Shown here: one piece after another, positions 16,054 through 23,402 of the stretch
How the letters are laid out: the number at the start of each line of letters is the position of its first letter
Numbering within the stretch: the first letter of the stretch is position 1
DNA from: Gammaproteobacteria bacterium
Lineage (GTDB): Bacteria; Pseudomonadota; Gammaproteobacteria; SURF-13
NCBI GenBank assembly: GCA_030655395.1
Contig: JAURVQ010000039.1
Span: forward strand, 1-56,048
Direction of reading: 5' to 3'
DNA length: 56,048 bases
Position numbers and translations under genes: made by a program
Notes under the pieces: generated by a model
The model's database searches: none
The model's input: only the letters and a program-made list of their open reading frames with translations
Told to the model about the DNA's origin: nothing

Positions 16054-17373
16054 ATGCGCACATGGCTATGGGTTGGATTTGTCCTCTTGCTTCAGGGCTG
16101 CACAATTTCGCCAAGTACGACGCTACTAAAGGAAAGCTTACCCAATCACAACTTCATCGCCACAGATTCAAGATTGCGCGTCATTTCAACTTCGGAGCAG
16201 TCGATTTTCTCAACGACCGGATCGGTCGATCCGAAGAACATCATCTGCACGGAACCAAGCCCTGATGTAGCGACCACAATCGCCAATTCATTCGGGGTCG
16301 GCGCAAGCATATTGGGCCAAGGCGCGGCCTCGCTCTCCGCGCAGCAGGTTGAAGGGCTTGTCCAACTTGGCGAGCGCACGGCAGCGATTCAATTGCTCAG
16401 AGACAAGATGTATCAAACGTGCGTTGCCTACGCAAATGGGGCGATTTCAGGTACGACCTACAGTCTGCTCATGAGCCGGCTCGATGATTCCATCGTCACC
16501 CTATCCCTTGGTGACGGGGCAGCGGGCGCATTTGGGCGCAAGCTGGCCAGTATCGGAGGGGAGGCATCTGCTAATGCAGACGCCAGCCTAACTGGGTTGC
16601 CCAATGCCCTGTCGACAATCGACGATCAAGCCAAGAAGCTAGCTGCCGCCAACAAGAAAGTGGACGATGCGGCGAGCGATCTCCAATCCCATAATGCGTT
16701 GCAACCCAATGCAGGAAAGGAAAATGACTACAGGGCGGAGACAGCAAAGTTAGAGGCTGCCTTGGTGACAGCCAAGGCCGAACGAGACGCCCTGGTGCAG
16801 CTCATGCAAGGCACGGCAAAATCGGCGTCAGAGGCTTCAGGAAAAATTTCACAATTGCAGGCAGGGGGTGACCTTTCGCCTAAGCCCAATGCGGAAATCT
16901 TGCGCGACATGCAAGCAGATTTTCTCGTGGCCGATATCGGTCGCGAAGTCACGCACGTGTGCATGATCGAATTGGGCTTACGCGGCGATAGTGATACCAA
17001 GAAGGAGATGACGACGCTAACTAGCTTTTTCGAACGGCTCTTTACGGCAGACCCGAATGCAACGTCAGGCGCAAACTACGCGGGTGCAGTTCTCAGGGGC
17101 CGGGATACGGTTTTGACAGACTTTTGCAAGGAGAATTTGTCTTCTTTAGTTACCAAGACCGCAGAGCAATCGCATGAGTATCGTAAGCGCCGCGCACAAC
17201 TCAGTACCGAGGTAGCGACCGCTCGCTACAGTGCCGACACCGCGAAGGCTTCCGCGCAGGATAGAAAGCTTTTTATCGACTCCATCAATCTATGCAAGAG
17301 CGAATTCAAGAACGACGCAAATCGCCAAAATGCGTGTCTTGACCAAGTTATTCCAATTAAAGCTGGTGAATAG
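16054..17373 (+). CDS. Orphan lipoprotein with Ala-rich coiled-coil middle region
   Basis: MRTWLWVGFVLLLQGC is a signal peptide plus lipobox (L-Q-G-C, Cys16). I recognise no family for the mature part. Confidence 0.7.
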   Translation: MRTWLWVGFVLLLQGCTISPSTTLLKESLPNHNFIATDSRLRVISTSEQSIFSTTGSVDPKNIICTEPSPDVATTIANSFGVGASILGQGAASLSAQQVEGLVQLGERTAAIQLLRDKMYQTCVAYANGAISGTTYSLLMSRLDDSIVTLSLGDGAAGAFGRKLASIGGEASANADASLTGLPNALSTIDDQAKKLAAANKKVDDAASDLQSHNALQPNAGKENDYRAETAKLEAALVTAKAERDALVQLMQGTAKSASEASGKISQLQAGGDLSPKPNAEILRDMQADFLVADIGREVTHVCMIELGLRGDSDTKKEMTTLTSFFERLFTADPNATSGANYAGAVLRGRDTVLTDFCKENLSSLVTKTAEQSHEYRKRRAQLSTEVATARYSADTAKASAQDRKLFIDSINLCKSEFKNDANRQNACLDQVIPIKAGE

Positions 17374-17618
17374 GCTCAAGCGCTAGCTAAGCCACCGGCA
17401 AGGCAAAAATAGCGCGTCGCCACTTGAAGGCACGTCGCGACATGCGGCCAGATGAAGATGGTCGAGCATTTCCCCCATAGCAGTCAACCGACCCGTGTTA
17501 GCATTGCATATGCGGACAGATAATCTCAGAGCACTCACACAATGAATCAAGCAGTTATTGTGCATCGGCATGTTCTCAGAACTTCAATAGTCCTGACCGG
17601 CCGGTCTGGTGAATAACT

Positions 17619-17625
17619 GTTAGGC
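17619..17625 (+). repeat. Isolated integron core site GTTAGGC (cassette 5' boundary or degenerate attC end)
   Basis: Perfect GTTRRRY 20 nt upstream of ATG 17645. The upstream sequence does not fold into a symmetric attC. Confidence 0.35.
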
Positions 17626-17644
17626 GTCGCAAGGTTCTCTAACA

Positions 17645-18961
17645 ATGTCCCTTGATCTCCATCCGAACTGTCAAGCTCAGTTACGAACATCGCTTGGCGA
17701 CCAGTTGGCGCACGCCGGCGCTCGCCACGGGATGTTTCTGACGAAAGAGACGTTGCTGTACCTTTTCCTGGCTCAAGCCGCGCTGCCAACGACGGGAAAG
17801 ATTCGCGCCAAGATGTTGAAGCTGGTTGGTGAGGCACCTCTCGTCGACTTTGTCAGCGGAACTCTCGCTCGTGAACTATTCGAGACTCAGGAGTACCAAG
17901 CTGAGGAGGGTCCGGCACCGCTAACTTCCATCCCCGCGTATGTGAATCTTGCAGCGCTAGCTGACCGTCTCGTAGACGACTTCAACTCGCTGCCCTGGAA
18001 ATACACAGTTACAGCCCCTCTTCCAAGCGTCTTCAGTGACGTATTTTGTCCAAACATCGGCAGAGTCACACTCTCCGACACTGTCTCGATATGCCGTGGC
18101 GACGAAGCGTTCGCCAATGAATACCCATTGGCCTCAGGGATCGAGAAACGTGATCAAACAATTGCCGGTGGAGGACTGCTTTCTGGCCTGCTTATTGGAA
18201 ACAAACCCGCTTGGGCGGCCGATCGAGCGTACCTCCAGGTATCTGTCGAGGGCTTCATTGGCAAGTACACGAGCACAGAACCTCTGCTCGATGCAATCGG
18301 AGTTCTCCGAGCTTTCTTTGGCCTCGGTCTCGCTCTGCGCCTTTTCAAGCCTGGGTCTACATATCAGCCGTATCCACAGCGCGAGAAGCTATACATTCAC
18401 CGCAGAGTCAGTGACGCGTGGGTCATTGAGGAGGTGCATGAACTCGAATCGAGGCACTCCGAAACGATCCGTGACTTGAAGCTGCACGATCTCGACGGAG
18501 CGCTCGACACTGACGCCAAGCGCGTGGTATGGATGAACGAGAGACTGTCAGCCATCTCGGCTGTGTTTCGCGCTGGAGAACATGCCCGAAATATTGTACT
18601 AGGCGCCCAATGGCTTCTCGATAGCCATTGCGGAAGTGACGAGCTGCTGCAGTTCGTCCAGGCGGCGGTAGTTGTTGAGATTCTCCTTGGAGGCAAGGCC
18701 TCTTCCGACCTCACCGGGCTTGGTGAGCTCCTATCAAACCGCTGTGCGTACCTTATTGCGACCTCACATGCACAACGAAACGAACTCCTGCAGGACTTTA
18801 GGGATATCTATGAAGTACGATCCAAGATCGTTCACCGTGGGAAAAGTCGTTTGGATCTTGGTGAGCGCACTCTCTTTAACAAGCTACGCTGGATGTGCCG
18901 GCGCATCATTCAAGAAGAAGTCGAACTCCTGGGAAAGGATGGTGCTGGCAGCGATGCCTAA
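17645..18961 (+). CDS. Hypothetical protein with C-terminal HEPN-like domain (Rx4H)
   Basis: The C-terminal ~130 aa is predicted helical, with AVVVEILLG ... IYEVRSKIVHRGK (R392-x4-H397, nt 18818-18835). The N-terminal ~300 aa shows no motif I recognise. The stop codon lies inside the attC inverse core. Confidence 0.7.
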   Translation: MSLDLHPNCQAQLRTSLGDQLAHAGARHGMFLTKETLLYLFLAQAALPTTGKIRAKMLKLVGEAPLVDFVSGTLARELFETQEYQAEEGPAPLTSIPAYVNLAALADRLVDDFNSLPWKYTVTAPLPSVFSDVFCPNIGRVTLSDTVSICRGDEAFANEYPLASGIEKRDQTIAGGGLLSGLLIGNKPAWAADRAYLQVSVEGFIGKYTSTEPLLDAIGVLRAFFGLGLALRLFKPGSTYQPYPQREKLYIHRRVSDAWVIEEVHELESRHSETIRDLKLHDLDGALDTDAKRVVWMNERLSAISAVFRAGEHARNIVLGAQWLLDSHCGSDELLQFVQAAVVVEILLGGKASSDLTGLGELLSNRCAYLIATSHAQRNELLQDFRDIYEVRSKIVHRGKSRLDLGERTLFNKLRWMCRRIIQEEVELLGKDGAGSDA

Positions 18962-19033
18962 CCCTTCTATCGAGCGAACATCCAACAACGGGCTTCGCAC
19001 ACTGTTGGCTGCCGCTCATGTCAAACGTTAGGG
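18956..19033 (+). repeat. Integron attC site (78 nt)
   Basis: GCCTAAC (RYYYAAC) ... GTTAGGG. Inner imperfect pairing is CGAGCG/CGCTC and CCAACA/TGTTGG, with unpaired bases. Confidence 0.7.
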
Positions 19034-19057
19034 CACAAAAAATCAGAGATCAAGAAT

Positions 19058-19747
19058 ATGGAATGGATTTACGTAATATCAGCGATCGCTAGCTCTATCG
19101 CCGCAGTATTAGCTTGGGCTGCAAAGTTGTGGTGGAGCAAGGAGTATGGTGCAGCGAAAGATGAAATTATAAAGGCAAAAGAAGCACAAATAGAGGCGTT
19201 AAAGGGAGAGATTGAAAGCCTTAAAGAAATGACGCCGATGAAGATTCGAGAGTATTTCTTAAGTGTTAGACAGCAGCTTGAAGAGTATAACGATGCCTTG
19301 AATGGTGAGCTGGATGAAGCACGAAAAGAGATTGAAGGAAAAAACGCCGAAATTAAAAAACTTCAGTCGGAAGGGGCGCAAAAGAGCAATGAGGTAGCTA
19401 AATTAGTAAGCGAGAGAGATAAGATAGAGAGCGCTGCTAAAAATCTTGAAACCCAGTTATCTGGGCTTAAAGAAAAACATGAGAGAAAGGATGTGCTCGT
19501 TATGAAACTACAAAAATTTGACACTGAAGCACTAAACAACATGATAAGTAATTACCAGAATTTAAGAAATTCGTTAGCACATTCATCATTGGCCATAGAT
19601 ACAGAAAAATTCTCTAACTTTTACAAAGATTATTTTGAAGCAAGTGCAACTGCTTCCTCCGTGGCAAAAACTTGGTTAGCTATTGAAAAAGCTCACGAAA
19701 CGAAAAACAAAAAAAACAATGACCAAGAAGATGATGACAATAAATAG
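19058..19747 (+). CDS. Membrane-anchored coiled-coil protein (hypothetical)
   Basis: N-terminal TM helix WIYVISAIASSIAAVLAWAAKLWW, followed by heptad-rich Lys/Glu sequence and an acidic tail. Strongly AT-rich codon usage. Confidence 0.65.
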   Translation: MEWIYVISAIASSIAAVLAWAAKLWWSKEYGAAKDEIIKAKEAQIEALKGEIESLKEMTPMKIREYFLSVRQQLEEYNDALNGELDEARKEIEGKNAEIKKLQSEGAQKSNEVAKLVSERDKIESAAKNLETQLSGLKEKHERKDVLVMKLQKFDTEALNNMISNYQNLRNSLAHSSLAIDTEKFSNFYKDYFEASATASSVAKTWLAIEKAHETKNKKNNDQEDDDNK

Positions 19748-19805
19748 CCCTAACACGTCGCTCCACCCGACCTCCTTCGTCGGCGGGTGAGCTTAAACGT
19801 TGAAT
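19748..19805 (+). repeat. Integron attC site (58 nt, aadA-like short type)
   Basis: CCCTAAC acGTCGCTCCACCCGAC ctccttc GTCGGCGGGTGAGC ttaaac GTTGAAT. GTTGAAT fits GTTRRRY. Confidence 0.75.
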
Positions 19806-19944
19806 GTCTCCTTCGGGTCGAAACCGGCTATGCGCCCAAGGCCATTCGACTTGTTTCAATACCGATCAGCCAGCCATCGAGTAAGACTAGTGCACACGCT
19901 TCTCACACTAGATTCCGGATACCCTTTTTATTCGATGCCCGTCA

Positions 19945-20148
19945 CTAATCGAGCAGGAAGGTTATACTGGCGTTGATGCGGTACTTAGTGATCTTGTTGC
20001 CTTCTACCTTGGCCTCAAAATTCTTGATATAGATCGACTTGATACCATGCAGAGACTTGGAGGCGCGCGCGACGGCCTGTGCCGCTGCGTCTTCCCAGCT
20101 TTTTTCAGACTCTGCGAGCACCTCGATTACTTTCAGAACGTCCGGCAT
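19945..20148 (-). CDS. Dodecin-family flavin-binding protein
   Basis: MPDVLKVIEVLAESEKSWEDAAAQAVARASKSLHGIKSIYIKNFEAKVEGNKITKYRINASITF; start at ATG 20148. Confidence 0.8.
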   Translation of the reverse strand: MPDVLKVIEVLAESEKSWEDAAAQAVARASKSLHGIKSIYIKNFEAKVEGNKITKYRINASITFLLD

Positions 20149-20214
20149 GATGCGCTCCCGTGGCTGTGCTTCATACGTTAGTTGTAAACATAGCTGACGA
20201 AGGATGGAGGGAAA

Positions 20215-20228
20215 TTGATCTATATCAA
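20215..20228. promoter_or_regulatory. Perfect FNR box TTGAT-CTAT-ATCAA between dodecin and the dksA-like gene
   Basis: 10/10 consensus. TATCTT (20252-20257) and the reverse-strand TATGTT (20187-20192) lie ~32-33 bp from the box centre on either side. Confidence 0.65.
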
Positions 20229-20292
20229 ACTTGCGCGGAGAATATCTGGAGTATCTTAAGTAAAAATATCTTCGAACCAAGGAGCAGCGCCC

Positions 20293-20688
20293 ATGTCCAC
20301 CCTGACCAATGCCCAATTAAAGCAACTCCGGCAACTGCTGAACAGCCGCCTCACCGAACTGCTCGAGGAGGTGCGCCAGGAGATGATCGCCTCGGGCGAT
20401 CAGCACTATATCGACCTCGCCGCGGGCGTGATGGACGTCGGCGATGAATCCGTGGCGGACATGCTGACCGACATGAATGCCGCCCTTTTCGACCGTCATA
20501 TTCAGGAGATACGCGATGTCGAAGCGGCACAACTGCGCATGGCCGGCCTGAGCTATGGTGCCTGCAGCGACTGCGGGGGCACGATTGAATACGACCGGCT
20601 CGCGGCGTATCCGACCGCGAAACGCTGCTACGAATGCCAGAGCCAGCACGAAAAGAGCTATGCCCACGAGGCGACGCCGCGCCTTTAG
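20293..20688 (+). CDS. DksA/TraR-family C4 zinc-finger protein
   Basis: CSDCGGTIEYDRLAAYPTAKRCYEC. RBS AAGGAG. Confidence 0.85.
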   Translation: MSTLTNAQLKQLRQLLNSRLTELLEEVRQEMIASGDQHYIDLAAGVMDVGDESVADMLTDMNAALFDRHIQEIRDVEAAQLRMAGLSYGACSDCGGTIEYDRLAAYPTAKRCYECQSQHEKSYAHEATPRL

Positions 20689-20837
20689 CGCCGCCGCTCC
20701 CTGTCACAAAAAACCGCCAAGGCCTACATCCTCTGCCGCGCGCAGACGCCGTGCAGCCGTTTGTGGCACACTGTAGCGTGCGTTGAGGCAAGCGCCGTCA
20801 TGAATCCGCAGATGGCCTGTTATTCAAGGAGGTACGC

Positions 20838-21521
20838 GTGGATATCGATATGATCCAGAAGGTCTACCGGCGTTATGCGCGCGGCTATGATTTCTATTTC
20901 GGCGCGCTGTTTCAGCCCGGGCGCATGGCGGTGATCAAGGCCATGAACTGCCGCCCCGGGGAGCATATCCTTGAAGTGGGTGTCGGCACCGGGCTTTCCC
21001 TGCCGCTCTACCCGTGCCATGTGCAGATCACCGGGATTGATGTATCGCACGATATGCTGGAGCGCGCCGCACTGCGCAAGGAGCGCGACGAGTTGCATCA
21101 TGTGGTCGCGCTGCAGGTGATGGATGCCGAGCAGATGCAGTTTGCGGACAACACCTTCGACAAGGTGGTGGCGATGTATGTCGCCTCCGTGGTACCCGAC
21201 CCGGTGCGCCTAGTGAACGAGATGCGCCGCGTGTGCAAACCGGAGGGCGAGCTGATTATCGTCAATCACTTTCTGCACGCCCACCCCGTGGTGAGTGCCG
21301 GCGAACGCTTGATCGCGCCCCTGTCCCGGCTGCTGGGGTTTCACCCGGATTTTTCGCTGCCGGGCTTTATCGACGATACCGGGCTCGAGGTGGTGGAACA
21401 GACGCCGGTCAATCTGCTGGGATACTGGACACTCCTGCGAGCGCGCAATAACAAATCCGTGGCGTACGCTGCAGCGCCGCTGGCAGAGGTGATCGCCTAC
21501 GAGGCCGGCTACAACGGCTGA
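20838..21521 (+). CDS. Class I SAM-dependent methyltransferase (PmtA/UbiE-like)
   Basis: ILEVGVGTGLSL and FDKVVAMYVASVVPDP. GTG start. Confidence 0.8.
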   Translation: MDIDMIQKVYRRYARGYDFYFGALFQPGRMAVIKAMNCRPGEHILEVGVGTGLSLPLYPCHVQITGIDVSHDMLERAALRKERDELHHVVALQVMDAEQMQFADNTFDKVVAMYVASVVPDPVRLVNEMRRVCKPEGELIIVNHFLHAHPVVSAGERLIAPLSRLLGFHPDFSLPGFIDDTGLEVVEQTPVNLLGYWTLLRARNNKSVAYAAAPLAEVIAYEAGYNG

Positions 21522-22792
21522 TCGGAGTGTTCGCCGCCTTCAGCAGATTGATAGATATGCGCGCGCGACCAGGGGAGTTTGTTATTAGTACCGCGCGTGA
21601 AGACCACCTGAAAAAGCTGTAACGAGCCGCTGTTGAAGGCCGCGAGCGAGCCGGCGAGATAAAGGCGCCAGGCGCGCACAAAATTGCGGTCGAACATCGC
21701 CTCCACCGTGCTCGCGTGCTGCTCGAAGCGCGCGAGCCAGTGCTCCATCGTTTTGGCGTAATGCAGGCGCAGGTTCTCGACGTCGAGCACGGAAAATTCA
21801 CGCGGCTCGAAGATATCCATCATCTCGCGCAGCGTGGGCGGATGGGCGCCGGGAAAGATGCGCCTTTCGATCCAGGCATTCAGCGGTGCAGACCGGTTAC
21901 GGCCTAGGGTATGAATCAGGCCGCGTCCTTCCGGCGTGAGTGCGCGGTGCATGACCTCGCCGAGCTCGCGGTAATGTTCCACGCCCACGTGCTCCAGCAT
22001 GCCGATCGAGACAAAGGCGTCGTATTGTCCCGTGATGTTGCGGTAGTCATCCTGGATGTATTCCACGTTGTCCACGCCCTCGCTGTGCGCGCGCGCGTAG
22101 AGAATCTGTTCGTGCGATATGTTGTACGAGCTCACGTGCACGCCGTAGCGGCGCGCCATGTGACGCGCAAGCCCGCCCCAGCCGCAGCCCGCTTCCACCA
22201 CACGCTCGCCGGGGCGCAGTTGCAGCTTGCGGCAGACAAGGTCCATCTTGGCAATCTGCGCGGCTTCCAGCGTCATGGCCGGCGCGGGGAAATAGGCGCA
22301 GGTGTATTGCATTTCCCTGTCGAGCCAGAGCGCATAAAAGTCGTTGCTGAGATCGTAGTGATGGTGGATGTTGCCGGAAGCGTCATCAAGGCCATTGCTG
22401 CGCGGGCGGGTGAAGATACGCGACTGCCAATGCTTGATCGCCGCCGATCCCTCTGCCGACCGGGAGCTGTGATAGAGGCTGTCGAGAAGCTCGCCCAACT
22501 CGCCCTCCACCTCAATGCCGCCGGTGCTGTAAAGATCGCCAAAGTGCAGGTCCGGATGAGCGATAAGCTGGTACAGCGCGGCGCGGTTGCGCAGAACGAT
22601 GCGTGCGACGGGCGTGCCCTGCGTGGCCGCGATCTCCTCGCCGTTCCACAGCACCAGGCTGACCGGAGGCCGCCCGAGCAGGGCCAGTATTTGGTGCGCG
22701 AGCCAGCGTTCCCACGCAAAGACCTGTTGCGATGCGGGGTGATGGATGCCGATGTCCGGGATATTAAGCGCGACGGCCCTGGCCTTTTTCAT
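21509..22792 (-). CDS. cfa: Cyclopropane-fatty-acyl-phospholipid synthase family protein
   Basis: HYDLSNDFYALWLD, VVEAGCGWGGLARHMA. Start at MKKARAV (22792). Confidence 0.85.
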   Translation of the reverse strand: MKKARAVALNIPDIGIHHPASQQVFAWERWLAHQILALLGRPPVSLVLWNGEEIAATQGTPVARIVLRNRAALYQLIAHPDLHFGDLYSTGGIEVEGELGELLDSLYHSSRSAEGSAAIKHWQSRIFTRPRSNGLDDASGNIHHHYDLSNDFYALWLDREMQYTCAYFPAPAMTLEAAQIAKMDLVCRKLQLRPGERVVEAGCGWGGLARHMARRYGVHVSSYNISHEQILYARAHSEGVDNVEYIQDDYRNITGQYDAFVSIGMLEHVGVEHYRELGEVMHRALTPEGRGLIHTLGRNRSAPLNAWIERRIFPGAHPPTLREMMDIFEPREFSVLDVENLRLHYAKTMEHWLARFEQHASTVEAMFDRNFVRAWRLYLAGSLAAFNSGSLQLFQVVFTRGTNNKLPWSRAHIYQSAEGGEHSDQPL

Positions 22793-22909
22793 ATCCTGTC
22801 CTCCTTGAATAACATCTCGCAGATGACATTTGACCTCCAGTAAGGAGCATGGCAAAGTCCAAGTTCAGAAGATGGAAGTATGCCCGCAGACAGCGAAGGA
22901 GAAGTCATC

Positions 22910-23269
22910 ATGCAGTTACCGCTCCAGATTACATTTCGTGACATCCCCCACTCGCCCGCAGTGGAAGACCGTATCCGCAAGAAGGTAGAGAAGCTGGAAC
23001 TGCTCTATGAGCGGATCATGGGATGCCGTGTGGTGGTGGAGTCGGTGCAGAAGCATCAGCATCAGGGCAAACTTTTCAATGTGCGCATCGATATCACGGT
23101 GCCGGGCGCGGAGCTGGTGGTGAATCGTCATCCCCATGAAGATGTTTATGTGTCCATGCGCGACGCCTTTGACGCCGCGGGCCGGCAACTGGAGGACTAT
23201 GCAAGGCAGCAGCGCGGCGACGTCAAGACGCATGGCAACACCTCGAAGGGTGACACAGAGATAACTTGA
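22910..23269 (+). CDS. HPF/RaiA-family ribosome-associated protein
   Basis: MQLPLQITFRDIPHSPAVEDRIRKKVEKLELLYERIMGCRVVVE. Confidence 0.75.
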   Translation: MQLPLQITFRDIPHSPAVEDRIRKKVEKLELLYERIMGCRVVVESVQKHQHQGKLFNVRIDITVPGAELVVNRHPHEDVYVSMRDAFDAAGRQLEDYARQQRGDVKTHGNTSKGDTEIT

Positions 23270-23301
23270 GGGGATTTTCGGGGCTTTTCCGGGAAATTTC
23301 T

Positions 23302-23315
23302 TTGATCTAGATCAA
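23302..23315. promoter_or_regulatory. Perfect FNR box TTGAT-CTAG-ATCAA (16-bp palindrome 23301-23316) between convergent genes
   Basis: 10/10 consensus. GAAAAT on the minus strand (23274-23279) lies 32 bp from the box centre. Confidence 0.6.
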
Positions 23316-23402
23316 ATCTACTGCCTGCGGTACGCGCAGTGCGAAAGTCTGATTGATTGCTACCGTTGAGGCAGCTAAAGCCGGCTGCGGGGTTTGCCGG
23401 TG

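Larger units (their letters stand above)
15487..19944. mobile_element. AT-richer accessory island; its right half is an integrase-less integron cassette array (CALIN-like)
   Basis: Composition drops right after the PRTase stop and recovers at the dodecin gene. All ORFs are on the same strand. Two complete attC sites and one extra GTTAGGC core are present. Confidence 0.65.

Noticed and set aside
17383-17571. 62-aa minus-strand ORF in the lipoprotein-HEPN spacer.
   Set aside because: It has no RBS, is Cys/Leu-rich with no motif, and is oriented opposite to all other island genes.
17545-17625. Possible third complete attC ending at GTTAGGC 17619-17625.
   Set aside because: There is no RYYYAAC inverse core. 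Only AGTTATT/AATAACT and GACCGG/CCGGTC pair, and the arms are grossly asymmetric (35 versus 5 nt). Only the core site is kept, as a low-confidence feature.
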